A stretch of DNA of 54,835 nucleotides from an uncultured Methanosarcinales archaeon (GCA_964587045.1 CAZPJY010000007.1:1-54835), one strand, 5' to 3'. Shown: positions 44,373-53,877, counted from the stretch's first letter. The notes: generated by a model not told the origin, from the sequence alone. Program-made: numbers and translations.

Positions 44373-45473
44373 ATGGAAGACGTTGACGAAGTCCTGTTAA
44401 AGCAGCTTCATCCCGGATTTCTTTCTAGACTCTACATCAAATCCGAGGAGGCCTACGACAGGCTGCTCGGCAAGCACCTCAAGCCCAAATTCCTTTTCGA
44501 CGCGGCAGTTGAGGTGCTGGGGCACTTCTCGCTCCAAAACATGGTCCAGCGGCACATTAAGAAAACACTTGATGAAAAGGGATTTGAGAAGGACAAGATA
44601 GAATATTTCCTTGTCGCATTCGAGGAGATCTACTGGAACGCCAAACGCAAGAACAAGGAGTACGGCATGAGCGCGCCGTCCAATATCCTGGAGCTCTACA
44701 TCCCTGACAGGTACACCCTCTTCATAGAGAATAAGGGCAAATTCGAACCCAAAAAGGTCAGGTATCCCATGCAGCTGAAGAACTCCTTGACCACCAAGGA
44801 CCACAAGATCATCCCTGTGGCCTCGATGGAGGACCATGGCAGGGGCATATTCCTGGCGAGGCTTTATACGAACGAGCTGGGCTACAACATCTGCTGCGAA
44901 CCCGAATACTACGTCGAGGCCCTGATGTGCCTCGACAAGGAGGGTAGGGAGCTTCCGAGCAGGCCGGTCTACGAGTCGTTCATCAGGCACAGGAAGAACG
45001 GGGACGAGATAACCGTGCTGCCCAAGTACGAGCTGTCAGATCAGGTACCGTACGACGACAGTCTCAGTATGATGCTTGAGAGGTACCAGCCGCACATCTG
45101 CGACCTTATGTCATTCATAGGATACGACGGGAAATCCGTCGACGACATGCTCTCGGCTTTCGACGAGATATACACGAACGCGTGGAACCAGAACAGGAAG
45201 CGCGGAATAGACCGGCCCAACTACGTGCATGTGTGGTACATCGAAGACGTCCTTAACATCGTGGTGGCTAGCACTGGCGACTTCAAGCCCAGGCAGGAGA
45301 TGGGTAAGGGGATGAGGCGCGCGCGCGACCGCGCAGGCTCGCTGTCCTACATCCTCTTCGCTGATGACGAAACCCCGAAGGAGGAGTGGCTCCTCGAGGC
45401 CTGGATAGCCAAGAGGCTCGACGACAGCACCAGGGCCAAGGACAAGCCGCCCCAGTACAGGCAAAAGGTTTGA
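44373..45473 (+). CDS. Protein with two tandem RsbW/SpoIIAB-like HATPase_c domains
   Basis: EEIYWNA...ENKGKFEP...HGRGIFLAR and DEIYTNA...STGDFKP...GKGMRRAR. Confidence 0.6.
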   Translation: MEDVDEVLLKQLHPGFLSRLYIKSEEAYDRLLGKHLKPKFLFDAAVEVLGHFSLQNMVQRHIKKTLDEKGFEKDKIEYFLVAFEEIYWNAKRKNKEYGMSAPSNILELYIPDRYTLFIENKGKFEPKKVRYPMQLKNSLTTKDHKIIPVASMEDHGRGIFLARLYTNELGYNICCEPEYYVEALMCLDKEGRELPSRPVYESFIRHRKNGDEITVLPKYELSDQVPYDDSLSMMLERYQPHICDLMSFIGYDGKSVDDMLSAFDEIYTNAWNQNRKRGIDRPNYVHVWYIEDVLNIVVASTGDFKPRQEMGKGMRRARDRAGSLSYILFADDETPKEEWLLEAWIAKRLDDSTRAKDKPPQYRQKV

Positions 45474-45510
45474 AAACATTATTATAGAGGCCCCCAAACA
45501 CCTTTTTCTC

Positions 45511-46764
45511 ATGCGCTTCATATCAGACCTCCACCTCCACGGGCCCTACGCGCAGGCCACCAGCAAGGCGCTGAGCATCCCCAAGCTAGAGCAGTGGGCG
45601 CGAGTCAAGGGGCTCGACCTGCTGGGAACTGGAGACTTCACGCACCCAAAATGGGTGGGTGAGATCAGGTCCAACCTCAAGGAGGACGGCACCGGCCTGC
45701 TGCGTACCGAGTCAGGCTTCCCCTTCATGCTGACTACGGAATTAAGCCTCATCTACACAGACAAGGGAAAGGGCCGCAGGGTGCACCTGCTCACGTGGGC
45801 TCCTGACCTCGAAGCGGTTGACAGGATCACCCAGTGGCTGCTTTCCCACGGACGCGTCGACTACGACGGCAGGCCCATATTCAAGATAAGCTGCCGCGAC
45901 TTCGTCTACAACATGGGCAGGATCGACGAGCATATCGAGGTGATACCCGCCCACATATGGACCCCTTGGTTTGGGGTGCTCGGCTCGAAGTCCGGCTACG
46001 ACTCGATGGAGGCCGCTTTCGGAGACCAGCTAAGCCACGTGCACGCAGCGGAGACAGGCATGAGCTCTGACCCCGAGATGAACTGGAGGCTCTCTTCGCT
46101 CGACCGGTTCAATCTGGTTTCCTTCTCTGATTCCCACTCGTTTTGGCCTTGGCGCATCGGGCGGGAGGCTACGCTGTTCGAGTGCGGAGAGTCCTATGAA
46201 GATATCGTCAAGGCCGTGAGGACAGGCGACGGGCTCGCTGCGACAGTCGAGACCGACCCCGGGTACGGTAGGTACCACTTCGACGGGCACAGGAACTGCA
46301 ACGTCTCCCTCTCTCCGTCGGAGACTGCGAGGCTGAGTGGCATCTGCCCGTCCTGCGGAAAGCCGCTCACGATTGGGGTGCTAAGCAGGGTCGAGGAGCT
46401 GGCCGACCGCGACGAGCCCGAGCGGCCCAAGAGCGGCAACGACTTCTGGCGCCTCATCCCCCTGTCGGAGATCATAGCAGCCAAGCTCGGCGCGTCGACC
46501 CCCGCCTCCAAGCAGGTGTGGGAGGTCTTCAACTCGCTGGTCAAGGGGTTCGGAAGCGAATACGAGGTTCTGCTCAAGGCGCCTGAGAAGAGGCTGTCTG
46601 AGATTGCAGGCGGCGAGATGGCAGAGGCGATCCTGATGAACCGCGAAGGCAGGATTGAGGTAGTTCCCGGCTTCGACGGGGAATACGGCAGGCCGGTCCT
46701 TGGGGTCTCGAAACCAAAAGAGAGGCAGAACAAGGTCCAGAAGGGACTCGGCGACTTCTTCTAG
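45511..46764 (+). CDS. endoQ: Endonuclease Q (PHP-domain DNA repair nuclease)
   Basis: DLHLH, KGLDLLGTGDFTHP, PAHIWTPWFG, ETGMSSD, SDSHS, GRE, GRYHFDGHRNC...CPSCG, GV..RVEELADR, PGFDGEYG. Confidence 0.92.
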   Translation: MRFISDLHLHGPYAQATSKALSIPKLEQWARVKGLDLLGTGDFTHPKWVGEIRSNLKEDGTGLLRTESGFPFMLTTELSLIYTDKGKGRRVHLLTWAPDLEAVDRITQWLLSHGRVDYDGRPIFKISCRDFVYNMGRIDEHIEVIPAHIWTPWFGVLGSKSGYDSMEAAFGDQLSHVHAAETGMSSDPEMNWRLSSLDRFNLVSFSDSHSFWPWRIGREATLFECGESYEDIVKAVRTGDGLAATVETDPGYGRYHFDGHRNCNVSLSPSETARLSGICPSCGKPLTIGVLSRVEELADRDEPERPKSGNDFWRLIPLSEIIAAKLGASTPASKQVWEVFNSLVKGFGSEYEVLLKAPEKRLSEIAGGEMAEAILMNREGRIEVVPGFDGEYGRPVLGVSKPKERQNKVQKGLGDFF

Positions 46765-47462
46765 GTCAGGAAGACCTGGTTTACTCCGAGGATGAGCAGG
46801 TAGACTATCACGCCGAGCAGGAAGTAGACGGGCTTGCCTTTCCTGTACTTGGGCATGGTATCCCTGATTATGAGGTAGAGGAATGTGCCGGTGATGAAAG
46901 AGAACAGGCCGTAGTAGGCTCCGACAGGCAGGGTCAGGAAGGAAGACACGATCGCTCCCACAGTTATTGCCGATGCCGATATAACCCTGCCGACCTTGGA
47001 CCAATGCATCTTGTGGTGGAACGCGTGTAGGAGCAGGCCGCTAGATATCATGTGGAACGCGAGGGGGATAAGGGACAGGTAGGCGTTGACTGATGAGGTC
47101 TGCTGGAAGAACAGGACGAGCGCGAAGCCTAAGATGAAGTGGGTTATGAAGAAGCCGATCACCCTGATAGCCGTTATCTCCTTTAGCAGGCTGTCTTCGC
47201 TGTCCGAGTGCTGGAAGACGTGCTTTTCTGCGACGTGCAGAATGATGAATCCCCATAGCGCGATGAAGAAGACGTTGTAGTCCAGGTAGCGGATGCCCAG
47301 GAACAGCTCGGGGAACATCGAGAGGAAGATGTAGGTTATGAACAGGCCTGACGAGAATGATATGATGGCAACGTTGTACTTGTTGACCTTGTCGAAGTAC
47401 TCCTCAGTGTAGTAGAAAATAAGCGAGAGGATTAGAGTAATGACGAGAGGTATCCACCACAT
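46761..47462 (-). CDS. ZIP-like metal transporter membrane protein
   Basis: About 8 TM; SFSSGLFITYIFLSMFPE, LHVAEKH, AFHMIS, GTFLYLIIRDTMP. Confidence 0.65.
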   Translation of the reverse strand: MWWIPLVITLILSLIFYYTEEYFDKVNKYNVAIISFSSGLFITYIFLSMFPELFLGIRYLDYNVFFIALWGFIILHVAEKHVFQHSDSEDSLLKEITAIRVIGFFITHFILGFALVLFFQQTSSVNAYLSLIPLAFHMISSGLLLHAFHHKMHWSKVGRVISASAITVGAIVSSFLTLPVGAYYGLFSFITGTFLYLIIRDTMPKYRKGKPVYFLLGVIVYLLILGVNQVFLT

Positions 47463-47515
47463 GACACAAATACGGGCTTGTGACTATTTAAACATTAGTT
47501 ACTATCCAAAAGTGC

Positions 47516-47893
47516 TCATGCGACCTCTATCTGCCCGAGGAGGGAAGCCTTGTTGCCCTCGCAGTAGGCAGAGCAGACTATGTCGAAGGTGCCGCTCTCG
47601 TCGGCTGTGAATCCGATCTCGACCTCCTCACCTTCCAGGAGGAGATACTCGCTTCCCGCTACCTCGACGCCGACCCTCTCGTCCGAGGTGACGAACAGCC
47701 TGACATCAGCGCCCTTGTCGACCGCGAAGCTGTCTGGTATCATGTGGCCGTCAACGATCTGCACGGCGAATGAGGAGTCGGCAGGCTCGCTGCCCTGCAT
47801 CTCAGACACAACGTCAGGCGCGACCTCATCGATCCTGGGAGAGCATGCGGTGACCAGTACCGCCATGAGCACCAGAGCAATTATCAGTCTCAT
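47516..47893 (-). CDS. Cupredoxin-domain lipoprotein
   Basis: Lipobox VTAC; PDSFAVDKGADVRL...FTADESGTFDIVCSAYC. Confidence 0.75.
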   Translation of the reverse strand: MRLIIALVLMAVLVTACSPRIDEVAPDVVSEMQGSEPADSSFAVQIVDGHMIPDSFAVDKGADVRLFVTSDERVGVEVAGSEYLLLEGEEVEIGFTADESGTFDIVCSAYCEGNKASLLGQIEVA

Positions 47894-47917
47894 CGTAAAA
47901 AAAAGAAAGAAAAAAAC

Positions 47918-49147
47918 TTACAGACCCAAGTCGAGGACTGGGGGCCTGTTCATGTTGTTGACCGTCACCGTTACGTCGATTGACGTCTCTGCCTTGCCGT
48001 CGCTTGCGGTGATGGTTACGATGTGGTCACCGGCGTCGTCGTAATTGGTCGTGTACTCAGCAGACGTCATCCATCCGGAGTATGTGATGGTCACGTCGTC
48101 GCCGTCCGGGTCGACCACCTCGGGAGACAGGGTGACTGTGTCACCTTCGTCTACCACGATCGGCGCGATCGGCTCGATCACCGGCGCGTTGTTGGCAGCG
48201 TTGACCGTGATGACAAATGAGCTAGTGCTCTCCAGGTCGCCGTCGCTCACTGTCACGGTCTCGTCGTAGGTTCCAGCATCACCGACTTCGGTGTCCCACT
48301 CGCCGTTTTCATCAAGCGGCGGGCTGAATGAGACTTGCACCGGGTCCCCGTCGGGATCGGCCGTGTTCACCGCGACGGTCACAGATTCTCCCTCGGTCAC
48401 CGTGATGTCATCCAAGGATTCTATCACTGGGGCTCGGTTGACGTTCTCTACGATGACTGTCACTTCCTTCGTGGTGACCAACTCTCCATCGGTGGCGGAG
48501 ATCGTCACTTGGTACACTCCGGCATCGTTGTATCCTGTCTTCTTCTCAGCAGAGGTCATCCATCCGCTGTATGCCACGGACACGTCGTCCCCGTCCGGGT
48601 CGCTGATGGTCGGGGTGAGAACCACGGTCTCGCCCTCATTCACGGTCACTGTCGACGGGACGATGATGACAGGAGCCTTGTTGAGTGATATGACACGGAT
48701 GAGGACATCCTGGCTGCTGGACAGGTCGCCGTCGGAGACCGTGATGGAAACTATGTAGTCGCCGGCGTCGCCGACAGTGGTCTGCCACTCTCCCGAACTG
48801 TTAAGTGGTTCGGAAAAGGTGTAGATAAGTTTGTCGCCGTCCGGGTCGGTTGCCTGCAGGTTGGGGAAGCTGACCAGCTGGCCTTCGAAGACCTGCTTTA
48901 CGGGAAGGTTTCCATAGTCAGGAGTCTCCTCGGGCTCGGTCGTCTCCTCAGTTGGGAGCTGAGTCTCGTTCTCGATTGGAGTCTGCTCCTCGATCACGAC
49001 CACTTCGCCTGGTACTCCTTCCTCCTCTGGCACCGGGGCTTCGCAGTACTTGTCCTCTGTTGTCGGGAACCACTGATCGTAGGTGCATCCGCTAAAGATG
49101 AGCGTCAGCATTATCAGAAATATACCAATAGTAAGTGTTGTCTTCAT
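47918..49147 (-). CDS. Lipoprotein with four cadherin-like/Ig repeats
   Basis: FSGC lipobox, acidic linker, 4x (NxAPVI)..EG..DPDGD..DAG..SDG; start 49147 after GAGGTG. Confidence 0.85.
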   Translation of the reverse strand: MKTTLTIGIFLIMLTLIFSGCTYDQWFPTTEDKYCEAPVPEEEGVPGEVVVIEEQTPIENETQLPTEETTEPEETPDYGNLPVKQVFEGQLVSFPNLQATDPDGDKLIYTFSEPLNSSGEWQTTVGDAGDYIVSITVSDGDLSSSQDVLIRVISLNKAPVIIVPSTVTVNEGETVVLTPTISDPDGDDVSVAYSGWMTSAEKKTGYNDAGVYQVTISATDGELVTTKEVTVIVENVNRAPVIESLDDITVTEGESVTVAVNTADPDGDPVQVSFSPPLDENGEWDTEVGDAGTYDETVTVSDGDLESTSSFVITVNAANNAPVIEPIAPIVVDEGDTVTLSPEVVDPDGDDVTITYSGWMTSAEYTTNYDDAGDHIVTITASDGKAETSIDVTVTVNNMNRPPVLDLGL

Positions 49148-49248
49148 CAATTCCCACCTCACTCATGAGTGATAAACATATGTCGTGACCAATAGAGAAC
49201 TACTGATATTTAAACTTTATGGTAGTAATATAGAGGAATATGGCTGCA

Positions 49249-49533
49249 TCAGAGCAGCCTTCGCAGAGTCAGTATGTCCCGCTCCGAATTGCCGTAGTAC
49301 GCACGCATTATGACATGCGAGAGGTATTCCTTCAGACTTGTGTCCGCGCGCGCAACGATTTCGCTCAGCACTGAACGCGTGAACTCGCTTTCGTCCAGGC
49401 GTTCCTCGAGGTCGAACACCAGGTTCCGGACCTTCGCGACCCTAAGCTTGGAGACGAAAAGCATGCCGTCGCCTATCAGGCCGTAATCCGTCGTCCTCTC
49501 AGCCGTGGTCGCGAAATAGGCGCTGGGCATCAT
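49249..49533 (-). CDS. Hypothetical protein
   Basis: ATGA-coupled to the upstream gene. Confidence 0.55.
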   Translation of the reverse strand: MMPSAYFATTAERTTDYGLIGDGMLFVSKLRVAKVRNLVFDLEERLDESEFTRSVLSEIVARADTSLKEYLSHVIMRAYYGNSERDILTLRRLL

Positions 49534-50168
49534 CTCTTCCTCATCGCCTTGCCAAGCATCAGCCCGTTGATCGCGGTCAGAACTGTGGTGCCCAAAAGCT
49601 TGAAGTTGAACTTGGTTGCCCTGTCCTCGAACTCCCTGCCTGCGGCCCTGTAGCTCTTCCTCATTACTTCACGGATGCCGGTCGCCTCGTCAAGCAGCTG
49701 GTCGGTCTCCTCGTAGGCCCGCCTTATCTCATCTTCCTGTGTTTTGGCATCCCACCCATTGACCCTGCGTGCAAGCCCGTCAATCGTGTCCTTCATCTCA
49801 GGGTGCTCCGTGTGGTACTGGGTCTCTGAGATGTAGTCCCCTCCAGTCGTGAGGTAGGCGTTTATCGGCGCGATCTTGTCAGACGCGGCGTCGAGCTTCG
49901 ACGATAGGTCCTCCTTGTCTAAGATGCTGTAGGCTCGGAAGATGTCGATGGAGTGCTTGGCTTGTGCCAGCTCACGCGTCGCGTCGCTCCAGAGCTTCAC
50001 CTCCTTTTCAGCGGGGTGGTATATCTTTTCGTAGTAGTCCCTCATGTCCGGGTAGAGCTTTGCGACGTCGCGCGCAAGCCAAGCCCATCCTATGACGCTT
50101 GATGATATTCCAATCTTTATGAGTGTCTTCTTCAGCAGGTATGAAAAACCTGTGTCAACCGGGTCCAT
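49530..50168 (-). CDS. Hypothetical helical protein with terminal hydrophobic segments
   Basis: Start MDPVDTG after GGTGA; overlaps the stop of the upstream gene. Confidence 0.6.
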   Translation of the reverse strand: MDPVDTGFSYLLKKTLIKIGISSSVIGWAWLARDVAKLYPDMRDYYEKIYHPAEKEVKLWSDATRELAQAKHSIDIFRAYSILDKEDLSSKLDAASDKIAPINAYLTTGGDYISETQYHTEHPEMKDTIDGLARRVNGWDAKTQEDEIRRAYEETDQLLDEATGIREVMRKSYRAAGREFEDRATKFNFKLLGTTVLTAINGLMLGKAMRKR

Positions 50169-50667
50169 TCGCATCACCTTTGTATTTTCTAATAGCATCG
50201 AGGCAGCTGCCTGCCTCGTGTGGGAACCTGAGCAGCTCCTTTCTCTCAAGGTGCTTTTCGAGACGGTCGAGCGAGGGCAGCGCGTACGAAGCGGCAAGCC
50301 TCCTCATCCTGTCCCTAACCTCATCATCTGCTTCGATTCCTTCTATCTCGTCGAGCAGGGACCGCGTCTCCTTTACCATAGCTACCGAGACGTACGGTGC
50401 CTTGCAAGCATCCCCTATGAGCATGCCGTCAACCATCCTCTCGAGTTCGGATGCAGGGGTTACCGCGTCCTTGGTCCCGATTAGGTAGGTGGAGATCGCC
50501 TTGCCCGAGTCCCTTGCGACATCGCGCGCGATGCAGACAGCTTTGTCCAGGCCGTCCCTGTTCTCGTATTGCGATCCCTTGGACATGAGGTAATCCTTGG
50601 TCTTGGAGACTCCAAAAGCCGCATCCAGGATACCGGTCACTCTCTTTAAGACCATATCCCAAGGCAT
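50155..50667 (-). CDS. Hypothetical protein
   Basis: Strong SD GGAGGAGGT. Confidence 0.65.
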   Translation of the reverse strand: MPWDMVLKRVTGILDAAFGVSKTKDYLMSKGSQYENRDGLDKAVCIARDVARDSGKAISTYLIGTKDAVTPASELERMVDGMLIGDACKAPYVSVAMVKETRSLLDEIEGIEADDEVRDRMRRLAASYALPSLDRLEKHLERKELLRFPHEAGSCLDAIRKYKGDANGPG

Positions 50668-50669
50668 TG

Positions 50670-50801
50670 CTACCTCCTCCCAGCGCGCAGCACGCCCAGC
50701 ATGAAGCCCGCTTCAGCAGGCGTGATCTCGTCATCCTCGAGCATCTGCTCTATCTGGAGCCTTTCCATGTCCAGACCATCATCTTCCGATCTTTCATACA
50801 T
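50670..50801 (-). CDS. Small acidic protein (43 aa) with EDDEITPAEAGFM motif
   Basis: MYERSEDDGLDMERLQIEQMLEDDEITPAEAGFMLGVLRAGRR; first gene of a four-gene operon. Confidence 0.6.
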   Translation of the reverse strand: MYERSEDDGLDMERLQIEQMLEDDEITPAEAGFMLGVLRAGRR

Positions 50802-50909
50802 TCCCCATCCCGTAAATGAGTGGGGGCGGCGGATATATTAAACTTGCTTAGCGTTTTTCATCTAAATGGGAAAAAATTTTATATATGTTAAGGATATCCG
50901 GTAAACGAA

Positions 50910-51944
50910 ATGACTCAAGGACGCTTCTGTGAGCTCGAGCCGCCCGAGAAGGTTAAGCTCGACGTGAAGGACAGGAAGATCATCACACTGCTCACGCAGG
51001 ACGCCAGGATGCCGCTGACGCAGGTCTCGAGGAGGGTTGCGCTCTCGAGAGACGCGGTCAACTACCGCATCGCAAGGCTTGAGAAGAAGGGCATAATCCT
51101 CAAGTTCATACCTGAAATAAACCTGCGACGGATGGGCTTTCGCACCTACCACGTGTTCATGGTGCTCGACGAGCGGCACCCGGAGAAGCAAAAGGAGCTT
51201 GAGGAGAGGATCAAGAGCGACCCAAGCGTACTGAGCCTCATCACCTATTCCGACACCTACGACATGGAGTTCATGATCATCGCAAAGACGGTCGAGGAGT
51301 TCGACCGCACCATCACCAAGATCACCACCGAGTTCCCAGCGGTCATCATGCAAAAGGACAAGCTCGAGGTGATCAACAGGTACACCAGCAGCCACCTGCC
51401 CTTCGCCTACTACCACGACGACGTGAAGGTCAAGTCTGAGTCTCCGGGAAGGGAGCAGATCAAGATGGACGAAAAGGACTTCAGGATCCTGAAGCTGCTG
51501 TGCGAGGACTGCCGCATGTCCTCCTACAAGATAGCCTCCAAAGTGGGCCTCTCAGCAGACGGCGTCGGGTACAGGATAAGGAAGCTCATCGACGGCGGGA
51601 TCATCGAGCGCTTCACCATCACCGTCGACCTGACCAAGCTGGGCTACACCTGGTACACCTACTGCGTGAGGACCCGCACTTTCAACGACAAGAACGAGGC
51701 GAAGTTCCGGGAGTACATCAGGAAGCACCCGTACATACTCTACGCTGCCAGATGCCTGGGCGACTGGGACTTCGTTATCTATCTCGCGTCAGACCACCCG
51801 CGCAACTTCCACAGCACCATCAAGGAGGTCAAGCGCGTATTCTCAGACATCATCCACGAGTACACAACGTTCCTCGCGGCCGAGGAGATATATTTCAACT
51901 GCTTCCCCAAGACCGTTTCAAACATGAAGGAGTTGAGGCTTTGA
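50910..51944 (+). CDS. Tandem-duplicated Lrp/AsnC regulator
   Basis: Two units: LDVKDRKII..L..DARMP...VNYRIARLEKKGII and MDEKDFRIL..L..DCRMS...VGYRIRKLIDGGII. Confidence 0.92.
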   Translation: MTQGRFCELEPPEKVKLDVKDRKIITLLTQDARMPLTQVSRRVALSRDAVNYRIARLEKKGIILKFIPEINLRRMGFRTYHVFMVLDERHPEKQKELEERIKSDPSVLSLITYSDTYDMEFMIIAKTVEEFDRTITKITTEFPAVIMQKDKLEVINRYTSSHLPFAYYHDDVKVKSESPGREQIKMDEKDFRILKLLCEDCRMSSYKIASKVGLSADGVGYRIRKLIDGGIIERFTITVDLTKLGYTWYTYCVRTRTFNDKNEAKFREYIRKHPYILYAARCLGDWDFVIYLASDHPRNFHSTIKEVKRVFSDIIHEYTTFLAAEEIYFNCFPKTVSNMKELRL

Positions 51945-52081
51945 TGGCAAGGGAAATAGACTTAAGCAAGCTTTGGCAGAAAGTGCTGGGCTACTTCAAG
52001 AGCCTGGACACCATGGAAATCGTCGCCTGGTCCGCTATTGGCGTCGGGATAGTGCTCATCATCCTCGGTCTCGTTCTTTGA
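51944..52081 (+). CDS. Small tail-anchored membrane protein (45 aa)
   Basis: MAREIDLSKLWQKVLGYFKSLDTMEIVAWSAIGVGIVLIILGLVL; TGATG overlap. Confidence 0.7.
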   Translation: MAREIDLSKLWQKVLGYFKSLDTMEIVAWSAIGVGIVLIILGLVL

Positions 52082-52838
52082 TAGCTCTCCTCGCCGCGGT
52101 GATGATCAGTATCTTGGCCCAGCCCAGCACCACCATCTGGATGATGGTAGCGACCGCGAGGAGCGCGACGTTCCACGAGAGAAGGCTGGACAGCAGGCTC
52201 ATGAGGATTAGCGCAGCAGCGCAGGCCAAGAAGACCAGCATGAGCATCGGCGCTTTCCTTTGGACCGAAAGCGTCATGTAGATTATCTTGAATGGGTTCC
52301 TGAGGTGAAGCAGGCCGCTGGACCAGGTGAAGAAGTAAAGCAGCACGGCAAACGTCAGCGCAAATCCTGCCAGGGGCCACGGCTCCAGCACCCCGGTATC
52401 GAGTATGCGCATCAGGGGCGCCCTGAACAATAGCCACGTCATCGCGCATCCGAAGGCGATGTAGAGCGCGCCCAGCAGGATGTAGCTGCCCCAGATCGAG
52501 AGGATGCTCGAGAGCTTCTTCTTCCTAACCAGGTGGTGGGACATGGCCCAAAGGAAGCCTGATAGCAAGAGGAACTCAGCAAGCATCGAGATCGCCATCA
52601 GAGCGAGCATGCTCACGAGCGACTGGTAGGTGTGGTACAGCCCCAGCGGGTCCTGGGACGGGTCTGTCATGTGCGCCATGAACCCCTCGGTCGTCGACGC
52701 TATCTGCGGCAGGAATATCATGGCGGCGAGCGCGAGGCCGAAGAGCGCCAGGAACTGGACCAGCATTATCCCTAAGAAGAGGAACTTCCTCCTCATTATG
52801 AGCCTGTATGACTTGGTGACCAGCGCCGCAAATCTCAT
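52059..52838 (-). CDS. Polytopic membrane protein
   Basis: About 6 TM helices; start MRFAALV behind a CTTAAATA box. Confidence 0.7.
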   Translation of the reverse strand: MRFAALVTKSYRLIMRRKFLFLGIMLVQFLALFGLALAAMIFLPQIASTTEGFMAHMTDPSQDPLGLYHTYQSLVSMLALMAISMLAEFLLLSGFLWAMSHHLVRKKKLSSILSIWGSYILLGALYIAFGCAMTWLLFRAPLMRILDTGVLEPWPLAGFALTFAVLLYFFTWSSGLLHLRNPFKIIYMTLSVQRKAPMLMLVFLACAAALILMSLLSSLLSWNVALLAVATIIQMVVLGWAKILIITAARRAIKERDRG

Positions 52839-52911
52839 GCCAAGGCCAAAAGTCAGGCAATATTTAAGCTTTACCGCAAGGGCTAAATATTGGCTGTGTC
52901 CCGCGCCAGTC

Positions 52912-53178
52912 ATGGCAACGTTCGAAAGCATCAAGGAGCAGGTCAAAAGCATTGAGTTCGTGGCAGAGCTGGTTGAATCAGAGCACCTCAGGAGCTCGTA
53001 CACGCTGGTCGGGAGGCTCTCAAGCGACCCGGGGAGGGACGTGCTCGCTGCCCTGCTGGAGCCGGTGAGCAGAATCAGCGTCTACCTCAACGAGATGCCC
53101 AGGTTCTACTGGATCCAGTACCTCGTTGACGGCGACGAGAGGCGTGGGGTGGCCAATGTGAGCCTGACCAAGCCATAA
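52912..53178 (+). CDS. Hypothetical protein
   Basis: Start MATFESIK behind CTAAATAT; divergent promoter. Confidence 0.6.
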   Translation: MATFESIKEQVKSIEFVAELVESEHLRSSYTLVGRLSSDPGRDVLAALLEPVSRISVYLNEMPRFYWIQYLVDGDERRGVANVSLTKP

Positions 53179-53226
53179 ACTTTTTATACATGACCTTCCT
53201 ATGAGTGCTGAATGGGGGGTGAGTTC

Positions 53227-53877
53227 ATGCGCTATGCATTACTAATCCTGATACTGCTATCAGTTCTTGCCGGCTGCAGCACCGTGAAGTACCAGTGCGC
53301 GTCCGGTCACATCGTCGACGACGCGGCAGACTGTCCGCCGTTCGATTGCCCGCAGGCAGAATGCGACCCTGTGGTCGAGCCGGTCTGCGAGGAGGTTACC
53401 TGCCCTGACTGCCCGGTCTGCGAGGAGGACAAGGTCGTGCCGGTGGTAGACGACGGCAGGGGCTACACGTTCTACACCGAGGACCAGGTGCAGGTGCACG
53501 AGCCCACCACCATAAGCGGGCACGGCGACACAGAGGTCATACTACAGCAGGTTGGAGTCAAGGAGGTCGACGGAGCCTTGAGAGCCAGGATTTATTGGAA
53601 AGTGCGAAACCTCGGTCCGAAAGACATCACGGTGCATCCGCACCGCGACACGGTGATCCTGGTGAACGGGACTGAGTTCAAGTCCAAGCTGATAGGGCGC
53701 GTTCCTGAAGCTGACGACTTCCTGATTGGCGCCAACACAGGAGGCGAGATCAGGCCTGGTGCGTCAGCAGAAGGAGGAGTCAATGTCGACGGCCTGCCTT
53801 TGGGCACCACTTCGTTTACCGTGATGCTGCCCATAGAACCTTATGATGACTTCATCTTCGGCGTGACCCTTGAGTAA
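53227..53877 (+). CDS. Lipoprotein with Cys/Pro-rich stalk and DUF4352-like Ig domain
   Basis: LAGC lipobox; 8 further Cys in the stalk; KVRNLG...GEIRPGASAEG. Confidence 0.7.
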   Translation: MRYALLILILLSVLAGCSTVKYQCASGHIVDDAADCPPFDCPQAECDPVVEPVCEEVTCPDCPVCEEDKVVPVVDDGRGYTFYTEDQVQVHEPTTISGHGDTEVILQQVGVKEVDGALRARIYWKVRNLGPKDITVHPHRDTVILVNGTEFKSKLIGRVPEADDFLIGANTGGEIRPGASAEGGVNVDGLPLGTTSFTVMLPIEPYDDFIFGVTLE

